Below, piece by piece: positions 42,266-56,600 of a stretch of 64,000 nucleotides of DNA. Under the pieces are notes generated by a model. That model did not search any database. It saw only the letters and a list, made by a program, of their open reading frames with translations, and had not been told where the DNA came from. Positions within the stretch are counted from its first letter, which is position 1. Each line of letters begins with the position of its first letter. The stretch lies in the NCBI RefSeq assembly GCF_009914755.1, contig NC_060932.1, one strand, 5' to 3'. This stretch comes from the human T2T-CHM13v2.0 reference genome, Homo sapiens. Both the position numbers and the translations under genes were made by a program.

Positions 42266-43929
42266 CACTCTTTCATTCTTTTATTTATCTATCCAGTGTT
42301 TACTGAGTGCTTTCTCTGTGCCAGGCACTGGTGACACCAAGACAAATGATGCCATGACAGTCCTTGCCTTCCAAGAGGATAATTTCCAGGCAGGAATATA
42401 AACACTATTAACAAGTAAACAGTCAACCAGATGATCTCCCCAACTAATACAGGCTATCAAACAAATGATGCCTGCTATTGTAATAGAGTGACTGGGGAGG
42501 TGCCTGCTTCATCACCTTTCTCTTATCCTTGATGCCAAGTGGACAGGACAGCAGAATGGGCTTAGTGTGGTTTTATGTCCTTGTGTGAATCAATTTCTTC
42601 AAGCCTAAATTTTTCTTGTCCTCAGCCACCTCTCTTCACAACCTCCAATAATGAGGCTCATCCTGGTCCCCAGATATTGAGATTAAATTGTTTAACATTC
42701 AGATTCTCAGTACCCATGCTACATCCTCCCCACGGGAGTATCTGAGACCATGGTCCCCAGAATCTGCATCCTTGACAAGTCCTACAGCTAACACAGGTGA
42801 TTCTTGGATCACATGTTGTACAAAGTTGCTCCAGGGATGTAAGCAGCTCTAACCCTAACTGGGCATCAAATCTTTTTAAGTAAAAGTCTCACCTTTTCAT
42901 AGTTTTGATATTTGTGGAAATCCTGGATCTGCAGCTGTGTAGACTTTAGAATATTGTTCAAACTTGCTTTGCCTAAATTTTCTTTGCGTAAGTTTTGCCT
43001 AAGTTTCTTTGCCTAAGACCTTATCTCTCAAGATTGGTTCATCTATTAAAAGAAAGAATATTCATGAAATGGCCAAGTGACTAGAGTCTCGCAGGTACAT
43101 ACAAATATGTGACAAGTCAAAGAAGAAATGGATGAATATATTTATGGCATGCCTTCAAAACCTTGTTCCATTTATGGGGCCTTCTTTTATTTCTGTGCCT
43201 GAGTTTATTCTTAGTGACAGCCTGACATTACAGAACTTCATAAACCAATGGCCCAGTTTTTGGACCCTAACCAGGGCCTCAACCTCAAACTAATCACTGG
43301 TTCTGTTACCTGCTTACAGATGCCTCATCTCAGTACTAGCCAGGAGTCAGCATACCATCTCCCACTTGCTCAGTGTTGGCATTGCTTTTGGGGGAATGTC
43401 TTCTTAGAAGAACTTATACCATTTTCACAATCTACATGCTGAAGTTTGAAAACTTATATATTCACTATTGTAGTGTATATACCATGAGGCTCAACATTTT
43501 GCTCTTAGTGTTTGTTTGGCTTAGAAATATAACAGCAGCAATATAACACCAGCACTCGGGCAACATTGGCACCCAGAGGCAACTGTTTTCATTCTGTGTT
43601 GAAGCCTGTGCATGACTCGGGTCTTTGATCTGTGAGACAATGCTTAACAGAAAGCACTTGGTTCATCTGTTATGAAAATGGGTTGGAAAGTGAAAAAAGA
43701 AAATCTTGGTTGGTGCTACAAAAAAATTTAAAAAGTTAAAAAAAACACTTCAGAAAAGCACGGTGCCCAGGATTTTAGGAAGGAGTTTTTGAGAAGAATA
43801 AAGAGCATAGTCCCTTTACCAAGAATGTTTTGTCATCTAGGTCAGGATCTTTTTACTTACTGAATGTGTCCTTTATGTTTCCTCTCTAAAATTATTAATT
43901 AAACTTTATTTATTAAGAGTTGGTGGGTA

Positions 43930-44150
43930 CAAAGATTAAGAAAATAGGTTCTGAAGACAGAATATGGGTTAATTACAGAGAGACCTTGGGCAAGCCATTT
44001 ATCCTGTACCAACATCAATTCTCTCATCTGTAAAAGGGGAGTCATAGTAAATAGGACACAAGGTCCTGGTTGCTTACGGGAGTAGATAGACATACAACAG
44101 TTGGCAGAGTGGCTTCTTCGGAGTGAGGGCTCAATACGTGTTTGCTACCA
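43930..44150 (+). mobile_element. MIR
   Basis: gaccttgggcaagccattt...tctctcatctgtaaaagggga...ggctcaata. Confidence 0.7.
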
Positions 44151-47100
44151 TCATAATCACCTGCTCTTCAATTCTTTGAGGTTGGGTTACACCCACTTCT
44201 CAGAGTCCCCTGGAGAGGGTAGATAGTAACATATTTCCTTCTCCAGATAATTCAGGTTGATGACTAATTACATGTCATGTATCAGAAAGCTGCTTCCTGA
44301 GCTTCTGATATAAAAGAGTACCTTTGCCTCCAATGGTCTCTTTTTGCCCCTTACTTTTATGTATTTTTCCCCATAGCACTTATCACTCGTAGTCACATTA
44401 TGTAATTATTTGTCTTTTGTCTGTATCCCCACACATAAATGTATAAGTTTCATGAAGGCAGGGACTTGTTTCACTCACTGCTCTTTTTCCAGGGTCTGAC
44501 TCACAGTAAGCACTTAAAGAATATTTGAAAGTGAAGGAAAGAACAATCTGTGTGTCTTGAAGACACAAAGGGAATGGCAAGCACTGTTCATCATAGTTAT
44601 ATTATTATTTAACATGAAAGTAAAATTGGAATCAACTGGGGTAAGAGTAGTAAGGGATATTTTTTTCTGCCTGCTCTCATTATCTGATCTTTGTACTTGC
44701 TTTCAGGTCACACATGGTGCAGTCCTGTTTCATTGCTTTAGAAAGACTGCTACCTCCTTTATGCTGGAAACAAGAACCATCTCAACAGATATGCAAAATA
44801 TGAGTAACCTCAAGAGGCAAAAGAGCTTCTTGATTGAGTATGCACATGCCAACACCAGACTGGCAGGTTTTGAATCCAATTTAGACACTTACCAACATTG
44901 AGATCTTGACATACTCCAGTGTTCTTATCTGAAGAAATGATTATAATCAATAATTACTTTGTAGAAAGTTTTGTAAAGATTAAAGGAGATGTTGTATAAA
45001 AAGCATTTAGTACTATGACTAGTATATGTTAAGCACTCAATAACCATTAGCTGGTATTATTAATATTGTCTTCAAAGCACAAAGTCACATATCCTGGTAG
45101 TGGCGTAATGTGAAAGGCCAAAAGATCTAAACAAAGCATGGTTTGGATCATTTTTCTTGTCCATCAATTTTAAGATACTTTTTTTTAAGTCTTAACATCT
45201 CTGAAATTAGAATGGATTTTACAATTGCTTACAGTAAGGCAGCAGTCAAGACTTAGATCTTATTGCCTGGGTATATGCATCAAAACTTGCAGAAGGGGCA
45301 TCAACAGGTTGGAAGCAAATTCCAGGAATAATAATAGAGCATCTTTGGAGAAATTTCGCATTTCCAACACAGGAATCACAGAGGATATTGTAAGGGAACA
45401 AAAAATATTTTAAAGACTTGGGTCCAAATGTGATTTTGAAAAATCAGGTATTATGAAGAAATTTTAGGAGAAACTTAACCAATACATTTCACTTTGTCTT
45501 TCCTTTTTATGTGTGCACATAAGTGACAGTAGATGAAAATCTATTTCTTCTAAGTATAAAAGTGATTGTTAAGTATAAAATAAAAATGTAAATGGTAAGA
45601 AAACATTGTTGTATCACTTAATTAGCACATTTTTCTTTACTAAACACATAATGGTGTCACTTACAATTGATGGCATTTTATTTATTTTTTTTCTTTTTAA
45701 CTCTTATTTTAGGTTCAGGGAGTATATGTGCAGGTTTGTTACATGGGTAAATTGTATGTTGTAGGGGTTTGGGGTACAGATTATTTCATCACCCAGGTAC
45801 TATGCATTGTACCTGAGAGGTAGTTTCTGAATCCTCACAGTTCTACCACTCTTTACCCCAAGTAGGCCCTGGTGTCTACTGTTCTATTCTTTGTGTCCAT
45901 GTGTACTCACTGTTTAGCTACCACTTATAAGTGAGAATATACAGTATTGGTTTTCTGTTCCTGCATTAATTCTCTTAGGTTAATGACCTCCAACTCTATT
46001 CATGTTGCTGCAAAGGACATAATCTCATTTTTATTGCTGTATAGTATTCAATGGTGTATAGGTACCACATTTTCTTTATCCAGTCTACCATTGATGGGCA
46101 AATATTCCATGTCTTTGCCATTGTGAATGTGCTACAATGAAAATACATTTTCATATGTCTTTATGGTACAACAATTTATATTCATTTGAGTGTATACTCA
46201 GTAATGAGATTGCTGAGTTGAACGTTAGCTCTGTTTTATTTGAGAAATATCCAAATTGCTTTCCACAGTGGCTGAACTAATTTACATTCCTACCAGTGGT
46301 GTATAAGCATTCCCTTTTCTCCACAACCTCAGCAGCATCTCTTATTTTTTGACTTTTTAATTATAGCCATTCTGAGGTATGAGATGGTATCTTACTACGG
46401 TTTTGATTTGCATGTCTCAGTGATTAGTGATGTTGAACATTTTTTTCATATGCTTGTTGACTGCATGTATATTTTCTTTTGAGAAGTGTCTCTTCATGTC
46501 CTTTTTCTATTTTTTTAATGGGGTTGTTTGTTTTTTGTTTGTTGAGTCAGTTAAGTTCCTTACAGATTCTGGATATTAGACCTTCGTTGGACACACAGTT
46601 TGCAAATATCTTCTCCTAATGTGTAGGTTGTCACTTTACTCTGTTGGTAATTTCTTTTGCTGTGCAAAAGCCCTTTCGTTTAATTAAATATCACTAGTCA
46701 ACTTTTGTTTTTGTTATAATTGATCTTGGAGCTTCATCATGAAATCTTTGCTATGGCCTATGTCCAGAATTGTATTTCCTAGTTTTTCTGCTAAGGCTTT
46801 TTATAGTTTTAGGCCTTACATGTAATTTTTAAATTTATCTAGAGTTGACTTTTGTATATGGTGAAAGCAAGGGGTTTAGTTTCAATATTCAGCATATGGT
46901 TAGCCAGTTACTTCACTACCATTTATTGCATAGGGAGTCCTTTCCCATTGCTCGTTTCTGTTGATTTTGTGGAAGATCAGATGCCCGTAGGCATGTGACT
47001 TTATTTCTGAGTTTTCTAGCCTGCAGCATTGGTCTATATATCTGTTTTGTACCAGTACCATGCAGTCTTGGTTAGTGCAGGGATATAGTTTAGTTTGAGG

Positions 47101-47896
47101 TTGGGCAGTGTGATGCTTCAGCTTTGTTCTTTTTGCTTAGGATTGTTGTGGCTATTTGGGCTCTCCCTAGGTTCCATGTGAATTTTAGAAAAGTTTTTTT
47201 TTTTTCTAATTCGGTAAAAAAATGTCATTGGCAATTTGTTAGAAACAGCATTAAAGCTGTAAACTACTTTGAGCAATATGGCCATTTGAACAATATTGAT
47301 TCTTCCCACCCATGAGCATGGAATGTTTCTCGATTTGTTTGTGTTGTCTCTAATTTCTTTTAGCAGTGTTTTATAATTCTCATTGTAGAACAATTTCACC
47401 TCTCTGGTTAGCAGTATTTCTAAATATTTTTGTGTGATTGTCTGTGTGGCTTGAATGGGATTGCATTTTTGATTCAGCTCTCTAATTGGATGTTGTTGAT
47501 ATACAGAAATGCTACTGATTTTTCATAAATTGATATTGTATCCAGAAACTTTGCTAATATTGTTTATCAGATCTAGGAGTTTGGGGGCAGAGATTATGGG
47601 GTTTTGTAGGTATAAAATGATGTTGTCTGAGAAGAGGAATACTTTGACTTCCTATTTGGATGCCTTTTATGTATTTCTCTCACCTAAGTGCTCTAGTTAC
47701 AACTTCCAGTATCACGTTGAATAGGAGTGGTGAGAGTGGGCCTCCTTGTTTTGCTCTGGTTCTCAAGGGGAGTGCTTCCAGCTTTTGCTCATTTAGTATG
47801 ATGTTGGCTGTGGGTTTGTCATAGAGGGCTCTTATTATTTTGAGGTATGTACCTTCAATGACTGGTTTGTTTAGGGCTTTTTAACATCAAAAGATG

Positions 47897-48239
<343 letters not shown>

Positions 48240-48402
48240 TGAAAACCTTTCCTGCGTCTATTGAGATAATCATGTGGTTTTGGTTTTTAGCTCTGTTTAT
48301 GTAATGAATCACATTTATTGATTTGTATCTGTTGAACCAATGTTTCATCCCAAGAAGAAAGCCTACTTGATTATGGTGAATTAGCTTTTTGATGTGCTAC
48401 TG

Positions 48403-48944
48403 TGTTGGGAACAGGCCCCCCAAAACCTGGCCATAAACTGGCCCCAAAACTGGCCATAAACAAAATCTCTGTAGCACTGTGACATGTTCATGATGGCCAT
48501 GACCCCATGCTGGAAGGTTGTGGGTTTACTGGAATGAGGGCAATGAACACCCGGCCCACCCAGGTCGGAAAACTGCCTGAAGTCATTCTTAAACCACAAA
48601 CAATAGTATGAGCGATCTGTGCCTTAAGGACATGCTCCTGCTGCAGATAACTAGCCGAACCCATCCCTTTATTTTGGCCCATCCCTTTGTGTTTCCTATA
48701 AGGGATACTTTTAGTTAATCCCATTTCCCATAAGGGATACTTTTAGTTAATCTAATATCTATAGAAACAATGCTAATGACTGGCTTGCTGTTAATAAATA
48801 AGTGGGCAAATCTCTGGGGCTGTCAGCTCTGAAGGCTGTGAGACCCCTGATTTCCCACTTTACACCTCTATATTTCTGTGTGTGTGCCTTTAATTCCTCT
48901 AGTGCTGCTGGGTTAGGGTCTCCCCAACCGAGCTGGTCTTGGAA
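48403..48944 (+). mobile_element. MER9 solo LTR (HERV-K9/HML-3) nested in L1
   Basis: Starts TGTTGGGAACAGGCCCCCCAAAA..TGGCCATAAAC; 6-bp TSD ctactg (48397-48402) / ctgctg (48945-48950), typical of beta-like ERVs. L1 ORF2 is continuous across the site. Confidence 0.9.
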
Positions 48945-49729
48945 CTGCTGGATTTGACCTACTAGTTTATTATTGAGGATTTCTGCATCTATATTCATCA
49001 GCGATATTGGACTGGGGTTTTCTTTCTTTTGTGTCTCTGCTTCGTTTTGGTATCAGAATGATGCTGGACTCATAGAATGAGTTAGAAAGGAATCCTTCCC
49101 CCTCAATTTTTTGAAATAGTTTCAGTGGGATTGGTACCAGCTCTCCTTAATATATGTGATAAAATTCCACTGTAAATTCATCTGGTCCAGGACTTTTTCT
49201 GGTTTATAGGCTTTTTATTACTGATTCAATTTTGGAACTGATTACTGGTGTGTTCAGGGTTTCAATTTCTTCCTGGATAAATACTGAGAGGTCTTATGTT
49301 TCCAGGAATTTATTCATTTCTTCTAGGTTTTCAGTTTGTGTGCAAAGTGGTGTTTGTAACCATCACTGAAGTTTTTTTGCTTTTGGTATTTCTGTGGTGT
49401 CAGTGGTAATGTCTCCTTTGTTATTTCTGATTGTGTTTATTTGGATCTTCTCTCTTTTTTTTTACTTGGCTACCAGTGATCTATTAATTTTATTAATTCC
49501 TTCAAAGAACCAATTTGTGGTTCTGTTGATCTTTTGTACGTTTTCTTGCATCTCAATTTCATTCAATTCAGCTCTGATTTTGGTTATTTCTTGTCTTTTA
49601 CTAGTTTTGCGTTCGTTTACTTTTGTTTTTCTAGTTCCTGAAGGGGTGATGTTTGTCTTTGATTTGAGAGCTTACTAACTTTTTGATGTGGCCATTTAAT
49701 GCTGTAAACTTTCCTCTTAACACTGTTTC

Positions 49730-50568
49730 ATCTGGGTATGTACCATGACAACAGGGAGCTGCACCCTTCAGCTGAGCTCACACAGAAGCAGGTCCACTGG
49801 TCTGGAGGCTCCAGCAGGTGTTGGCCTCCTGGCTGTCAGTGGTGGGGATGGATGAGGTCTTGGGCTCTGCTGTCTGGGTGTTTCCTGTGACAACAGGAAG
49901 CTGTACCCTACAGCTAAGTTCACACAAATGTATGACTTCTGGGCTGGAAACTCTAGCAAGTGTTGCCTCTTGCTACCAGTGGCAGAGGTTTAAGGGGTGG
50001 CCAGCCAAGTTCAGGACAAAGCAGGACTACTGAGCCAGAAGTTGCTGAGCCCTGGCCAGCAAACAGTGGTGGAGTGATATTACTGCTCTCTGGTACCACA
50101 ACTGTGGCCACTATTGCACTATTGGGGTTGTGGCACTGGTGCTGGTCTGCTGTAAGTCCCAAGGCCTCTGGAGTTCCCCTTGGACTTGTGATTTGCCCCC
50201 ATAAAACATCCAGGTGGCTCTGCCTCAGTCTAGAAGCATGGTGGGAGGGTGCAGGAGGATCCAGGGTGATTCTCCCATTCCCAGTCTTGTGCAGGCCTCT
50301 GTGGAGAGCAACAATCCTTCTGGGGGCTCTCACTTACTCACCCTTTCCCATGTTGAAGAGGTACTCCTGACTCCATATTGAGTCCAGGTGGCCTGGGGCC
50401 CAGCTTTGCTCCTCTCTATTTTCTGTGTTGCCCTGCTGCTCTGATAAATCTCAACATGGTTTTATAGATGATCAGCCTGCAGGGTCCATGTTCACTGGCC
50501 CTTTTGCTTCCTCTCTGTGAGGGTGGTGCATGCGAGCTGTTTCTAGTCTGCTCTCTGGGCCCTGCCTT
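49730..50568 (-). mobile_element. Displaced L1PA15/16-type 5' UTR segment, including the extreme 5' end, lying inside ORF2
   Basis: GC-richer block ending gctgtttctagtctgctctctgggcc, like the recalled L1PA13-16 5' terminus gctgcttctagtcagccatcttgg. Contains a ~143-bp-period diverged repeat (49731 and 49874). Confidence 0.7.
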
Positions 50569-53010
50569 CAATAGATCTTCACATTATTAATCTCTATTTT
50601 GTATTATTCTGTGATCCAAGAGCATGGTTGGTATGATTTTGTTTTGCTTTTGAATTTGTTGAGAATTGTTTTATGACTGAGCAGGTAGTCAATTTAAGAG
50701 AATATGTCATGTGCAGATGAGAAGAATGTATATTCTATTATTTGGTAGAGTGTTCTGTAGATGTCTGTTAGGTCTATTTGGTCAAGTGTCAAGTTTCAGT
50801 CCCAAATATCTTTGTTAATTTTCTGCATCAATGATCTATCTAATATTGTCAGTGTGGTTTTGAAATATTCCAGTATGATCGTGTAGTGATCTAAATTTCT
50901 TCCTAGGTCTCTGATAACTTGTTTTATGAATCTGGGCTCTCCATTGTTGGGTGAATATATTTTTAGGATAGCTAAGTCTTTTTCTTGAATTGAAAGCTTT
51001 GTCATTATGTAATGCCATGCTTTGGCTTTTTTTGATCATTGCTTGTTTCCAGTCTGTTTTGTCTGAAATTAAAATAGCTATCCCTGTTCTTTTTTTGCTT
51101 TTTATTTGCTTGGTATATTTTCCTCCATCTCTTTAGTTTGAGCGTATGGGTGTCATTGCTTGTGAAATGGGTCTCTTGAATATAGCATATAGTTTGTTCT
51201 TGCACCTTCATCCAACTTGCCACTCTGTGCCTTGTAAGTGTGGTGTTTTGCCTATTTATATTTGAGATTAATATTGATATATACAGATTTGATCCTGTCA
51301 TCATGGTATTTGCTGGTTGTTCTGTAGACATGATTCTGTAGTTACTTCATAGCGTCAGTGGTCTATGTACTTAAGAGTGTTTTTGTGGTGGCTAGTAGTG
51401 GTCTTTTGTTTTCACGTTTAACACTCCCTTAAGGACGTCTTGCAAGGCAGGTCTGGCAGTAACATTTTCCCCTAGAATTTGCCTGTCTGAAAAGGATTTT
51501 ATTTCTTCTTCACTTATGAATCTTAGCTTGGATAGATATGAAATTATTAGTTAGAATTTCTTTTCTTTAAGAAAGCTGAATATAGGCCCCCAACCTCTTC
51601 TAGCTTGTAGGATTTCTGCTGAAATGTCCACTGTTAGCCTGATGGGATTCTCTTTGTAGGTGATCTGTCCCTTCTCTCTAGCTGCCTTTAATATTTTTTC
51701 TTTTGAGTTTACCTTGGAGAATCTGATGACTATGTGGAAGGTTTTTTATATAACTCACAGGGGTTCTCTGAATTTCCTGAATTTAAATGTTGACCTGAGG
51801 TTGGGGAAATTTTCAGGGACAATATCCTCAAATATGATTTCCAAGTTGCTTGCTCTCTAACTCTTTCTTTCAGGGATGCCAATAAGTCATAGGTTTGGTC
51901 GTTTTACATAACCCCATATTTCTGAGAGGTTTTATTCATTTTTTAATTCTTCTTTCTTTATTTTTGTCTGATTGAATTGACTTGAAGAACCAGTTTTTGA
52001 GCTCTGAGATTCTTCCTTCAGCTTGGTATATTCTGCTGTTAATACTTCCAATTGTATTATGAAATTTTTATAGTGAGTTTTTCAGCTTCATGAGATCAGT
52101 TTGTTCTTTCTTAAAATGACTATTTTCTCTTTCGTCTCCTATATCCTTAGATTCCCTGGATTGAATTTCACCTTTCTTTTGAATCTCAATGATCTTCGTT
52201 GTGATCCAGATGCTGAATTCTTTGTCTGTCATTTCAGCTATTTCAGATTGGTTAAGAACCATTGCTAGAGAGCTAGTGCAGTCATTTGGAGGTAAGAAGA
52301 CACTCGGGCGTTTTGAGTTGCCAGCGTTCTTGCACTAGTTCTTTCTTATCTGTGTGGGCTGATGTTCTTTTAATGTTTGAAGTTTCTGTCCTTTGGATGG
52401 GGTTTTTTGCTTTTATATTCTCTGATGCCCTTGAGTGTTCAACTGTGGTATAAGTTGGGTTCATTCAACTGGCCTGCTTTCTGGGCAATTTCAGAGGACG
52501 AAGACCCAGCTCAGCACTGCTGGACTGTGTACTTTACTCCTAGGGGGCTGGGTCCAGACCCACAGTTTTGTTCTCTGGCCCCTTGAGGTTAAGCACCTCC
52601 TCTTCTGGAAAGCATGTGGTGTTCCCAGTCCACTGGCAACAACACTCTCATGGACTGGCAGGGACAGAGGGTGGGCAGCAAGAGCTCTTCATTGAAGTGG
52701 TGGCAGTGGGTTCCACACATGTGCATGAAAGGCATTTTAGATGCAATGAAATTGTACAGGTTCCCATGGAAAGCTACAGGGAGTACATTGGAGAATACAA
52801 TGTTATTCTTAAAATATTTGGAGATAATTTACCCTTCAGAGAATGATTCCTGTGATATGATAAATGTAATGCAACCAGTTAAATCTTCAAAGATTATTCT
52901 AACTTAATATATTTAACTATGTGCTACTACATGATTTTTAGGCTCACAGTTGCAGGAGTAATTATCTTTGGTACAATAATGAATATGTACTTTTGAATGA
53001 ATTAGTAGCA

Positions 53011-53672
53011 TATGTTGGTGAGAATGTGGAGAAAAGGGAAGGCTTATACATGGTTGGTGGTAATATATATATTGGCACAACCTCTATGGAAAACAGTAGG
53101 AAGATTTCTCAAACAACTAAAAATAGAACTAGCATTTGATCCAGAAACCCCACTACTGAGTATCTAACCAAAGGAAAAAGTCATTATGTAAAAAATATAT
53201 ATGCATTTGTGTGTTCATGGCACACTATTCACAACTGCAGAGATATTGAATCAACCTAAGTATACATCAATGGATGACTGGATAAAGAAAATGTAGCATA
53301 TATACATAATGGAATACTATTCTGCCACAAAGGGAATAAAATGTCTTTTGCAGCAACATGCTTGGAACTGGAAGCCATTACCTTAAGTGAAACAACTCAG
53401 AAAGAGAAAGTCAAATACCACATTTTCTCACTTATCGGTGGAAGCTAAATAATGTATACATACGGACACAGAGTATGGAATGACAAACATTGGAGACTCA
53501 GAGGGTGAGTGGGTAGGAGCAGGATGAGGGATGAGAAATTATCTAATGGGTACAGCATACACTATTTGGGTGATGGTTGCACTAAAAGTCCAGGCTTCAC
53601 CACCATGCAATATATCCATGTAACAAAACTGCACTTGTACCACTTAAATTTGCACAAAAAAAGAAAAATAAT
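53011..53672 (+). mobile_element. L1PB3/4-like 3' fragment
   Basis: gatgagaaattatctaatgggtaca...caatatatccatgtaacaaaactgcacttgtac followed by an A-rich tail. Confidence 0.85.
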
Positions 53673-56600
53673 ATAAACCATGGTTTATCTTTATAATCTG
53701 AGCACTTTCTGGTTCAAGAAGAAATATAAGTTCTACATTTTATTTATTTATTTATTTTTTGAGATTCCGTGACTTGGCTCTTTCAACCCATCCAACTCTA
53801 TTCCTGTCGCTTCTTAGTTATGTATCTTCTCTAAAGTGACCCTGATATATATCTAAGAATAAAATGCGGAGCTACTAAAAATTATGCTTGGGCAATATGT
53901 ACAAATGGGATTATCCCAGGAAAATAGAATGTATGTTAACCCTTATTATTGTTTCAGTTGGAATAATTTTTCTAGTTAATTATACAAAACACCTACCCCA
54001 GTCCCCTCTGGTACCTTTTCTTATATTATGTTTTGCCCTTTCCCTGTTAGGGGTCCATTTTCTACGCCATATGTTTGTATATTGAAAGAACCACAATTTG
54101 ACTCTAATTTAGGCTCTCCTGGACAGGCGTTCAAATTCTGATTCCAAAGTCAATTATTTTTTCAGCGTTGCCTCTTCGGCAATAAAGTGTTTTTGAATCA
54201 CTTTATTTTACTATGTTTTTGTCTCTATAACTAGATGACAAACATTTGAGGTAAAACCATTTTTTTAAACATTTCCACAACATTTATCTTAATGGTGAAT
54301 ACATTAGGCAGATATATAATTTATATCTTTGTAAAACTGTGTGTAAATTAAAGTCCTATTATGATAATTTTTGCAGTTCTTCTGGATTAGAAACAGGGTT
54401 ACAATAAAGCAAACATAGTGATAATTTTCATAACGTCATCTTCTGGGCGTATGATCGTTGCTGATGATAAAGTCTTTTCACTCCATTATCCTACTTCATT
54501 TTCACAATGAGGTAAGTACTATCATTCCATTTGATGAATATAGCAATTGAGGCTCAGAGAGGCTTACTGATATCATGAGAGACTATAGAACAGTGAGAAA
54601 CAGAAGCATTTTAAGGCAAAAACAGTGTCTATTATGTATCGCTTTGAAAAATTCTATTCTCTAATGCTCTGAAATGTACAATCACATAAGAAATAACAAA
54701 GTGGCATTTTTAAGGAAAAATATCAACTGCTATAAAAATAGAATTTAAAGTTCAGCTGTGATTTATATATAACCGTGGAGCTTTCCATCAAACTTTTCTT
54801 CAGAGGAATTCAGTTGTGTATTTTAACAAACCAGTTTCTGCTGTAAAATAATATTCAAGCAGATTTTGTTTATCAAGCACTTGTTAATAAATCCACTGAT
54901 AATGATTTATTCATTTAAAACAACATATTATTAGAAAATAAAAATAGCTTTTTGTATAGTAGTAATGCTTGCAAACTCCCAAGAATAATGTATTTTTTCA
55001 AAATTTTAGTTTGGAAATAATAAAATGTAGGAATAATACAGGTTTTTCAGTAATTAACATCTTATCATTTATTATGAGGCACTTGTGTCTGCACTTTGGA
55101 AAAATGGACATAAAATGTCATAAAAGGTAAAACAAAAATGGAAATAAAAATAAACATGGAGGAAAGAATTTTGAGAAGAGCCAAAGGATGACACCACAGG
55201 GACCTGAGTTAATGGCATGTCAACAACAGCCATCTGGAGTGAGTCTGAGTCTGGAAGGTGGAGTGCTCTCTAAATAGACAACACTGGCATCTGGTAGCCA
55301 AGTGGGAGCACAGAATGGAGTAACGGAATCATAGACATGGGAAAGTGACCATAATGCTAACGGTCCCAAAGTTCTCATAGTCACGGCCCTTGCTTTCGGC
55401 AGGTAATTTCTTCTCCAACTCTACCTGGACCCTGCCTTAACAAAGGCCATGACCTTGCTTTTCAGACTGCAGAAACCACCAGAAATCCGGATGCTGTTCC
55501 AGCACAATGCCAGATGCCATCCAGAGGAAAGATTATTCCTAGCACTGCAGCCTATGCCTGACTAAGGAGTAATTCCCTGGGATCATGTCCTTGGTCTTTC
55601 CCAAGGCTAATCCTATAGTCTGTTGTCTCTTAGTCCACAGTATCTTAAATGTGAGCACAATTTCTTGCTGTCAGTAAACCAAAGACACTCACACTACCAC
55701 ACCCATGTCAAATCTCATGACGTGAGAATCTCCTCCTAATTTCTACTTGGAAGAAAAATAAAGTACTACCACTGCCTGAAAGTTAGATTTCCTTGGTTTA
55801 ACTCCTGATTGTACCATGGTCTATGTTGGCCTATGACCACCCCCACAGCACTCTCACGCATAACTGACTGTGTATGTGAATGTTGGGCTTACTCTGATGT
55901 CTTCTCTGAAGGCTTTTAGGGTAATATGGAATATTCAAAAGTGGACTGTAACTTTGCACCATTAATTACTTGAGGGCCATCAAGTTCTTAGAAAAGTAAA
56001 ATGAGAGCTCAGAAGGCAAATCCTAGTGATATGGGAAATGAGATATCCCTCTGTCCTCTGTGTATCAATCGCTTGTGTCTAGACATTATGGAGGGTGGGT
56101 GGTGAAGCTGTAATACCAGATAAGGATACTACAATGATATCCAGCTCCTGGTGGCAGGTTGGGGGCAAAGAAATGAGAGCATCTCAAAATATCAATGGTC
56201 AATTTCTCTTGGAAGCCTAACTAATTAGCTTCACATGGTTTACTGTTTATTATCTACTAAAACATGAAAAAGAAATTCTGTGTGCTCAAATTTTGCTTTA
56301 GCTAAGATTCAAAGCATACTATGGAAGGATAAAGGCAGTAACAAGCACAAAAAGAGGAATAATGACGCTTTTTCTTCCTACTACACTTAAATCCCCGAGG
56401 TAAAATAGCAGTGACAGCAGCAATTAGTAAGAGATCACCACAGAAGCTCTGAGGTGAATAGGTGTCTTTCTTCATGTGTAGAAATGTTTTTAGCACCAAT
56501 CCTGAAAGATCTAGCTTTTCTCTTTATACCCACAAGATAGACTTTCCTTTCACTTGATTAACTTGAACTTGATTAAGTTAATAAGTTACAAAAATATTTT

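Noticed and set aside
42966-43017. Four loose copies of tttgcctaag
   Set aside because: Short degenerate microrepeat with no further evidence of function.
49953-50370. Overlapping 126-aa and 136-aa ORFs as a captured gene inside L1
   Set aside because: They lie in GC-richer L1 5' UTR-like sequence where stop-free frames are expected; no recognisable domain.
55278-55620. Possible two-exon structure around cag|gtaatt...ttttcag
   Set aside because: The implied intron is only ~63 nt, below the usual human minimum, and the upstream segment has stops in all three frames.
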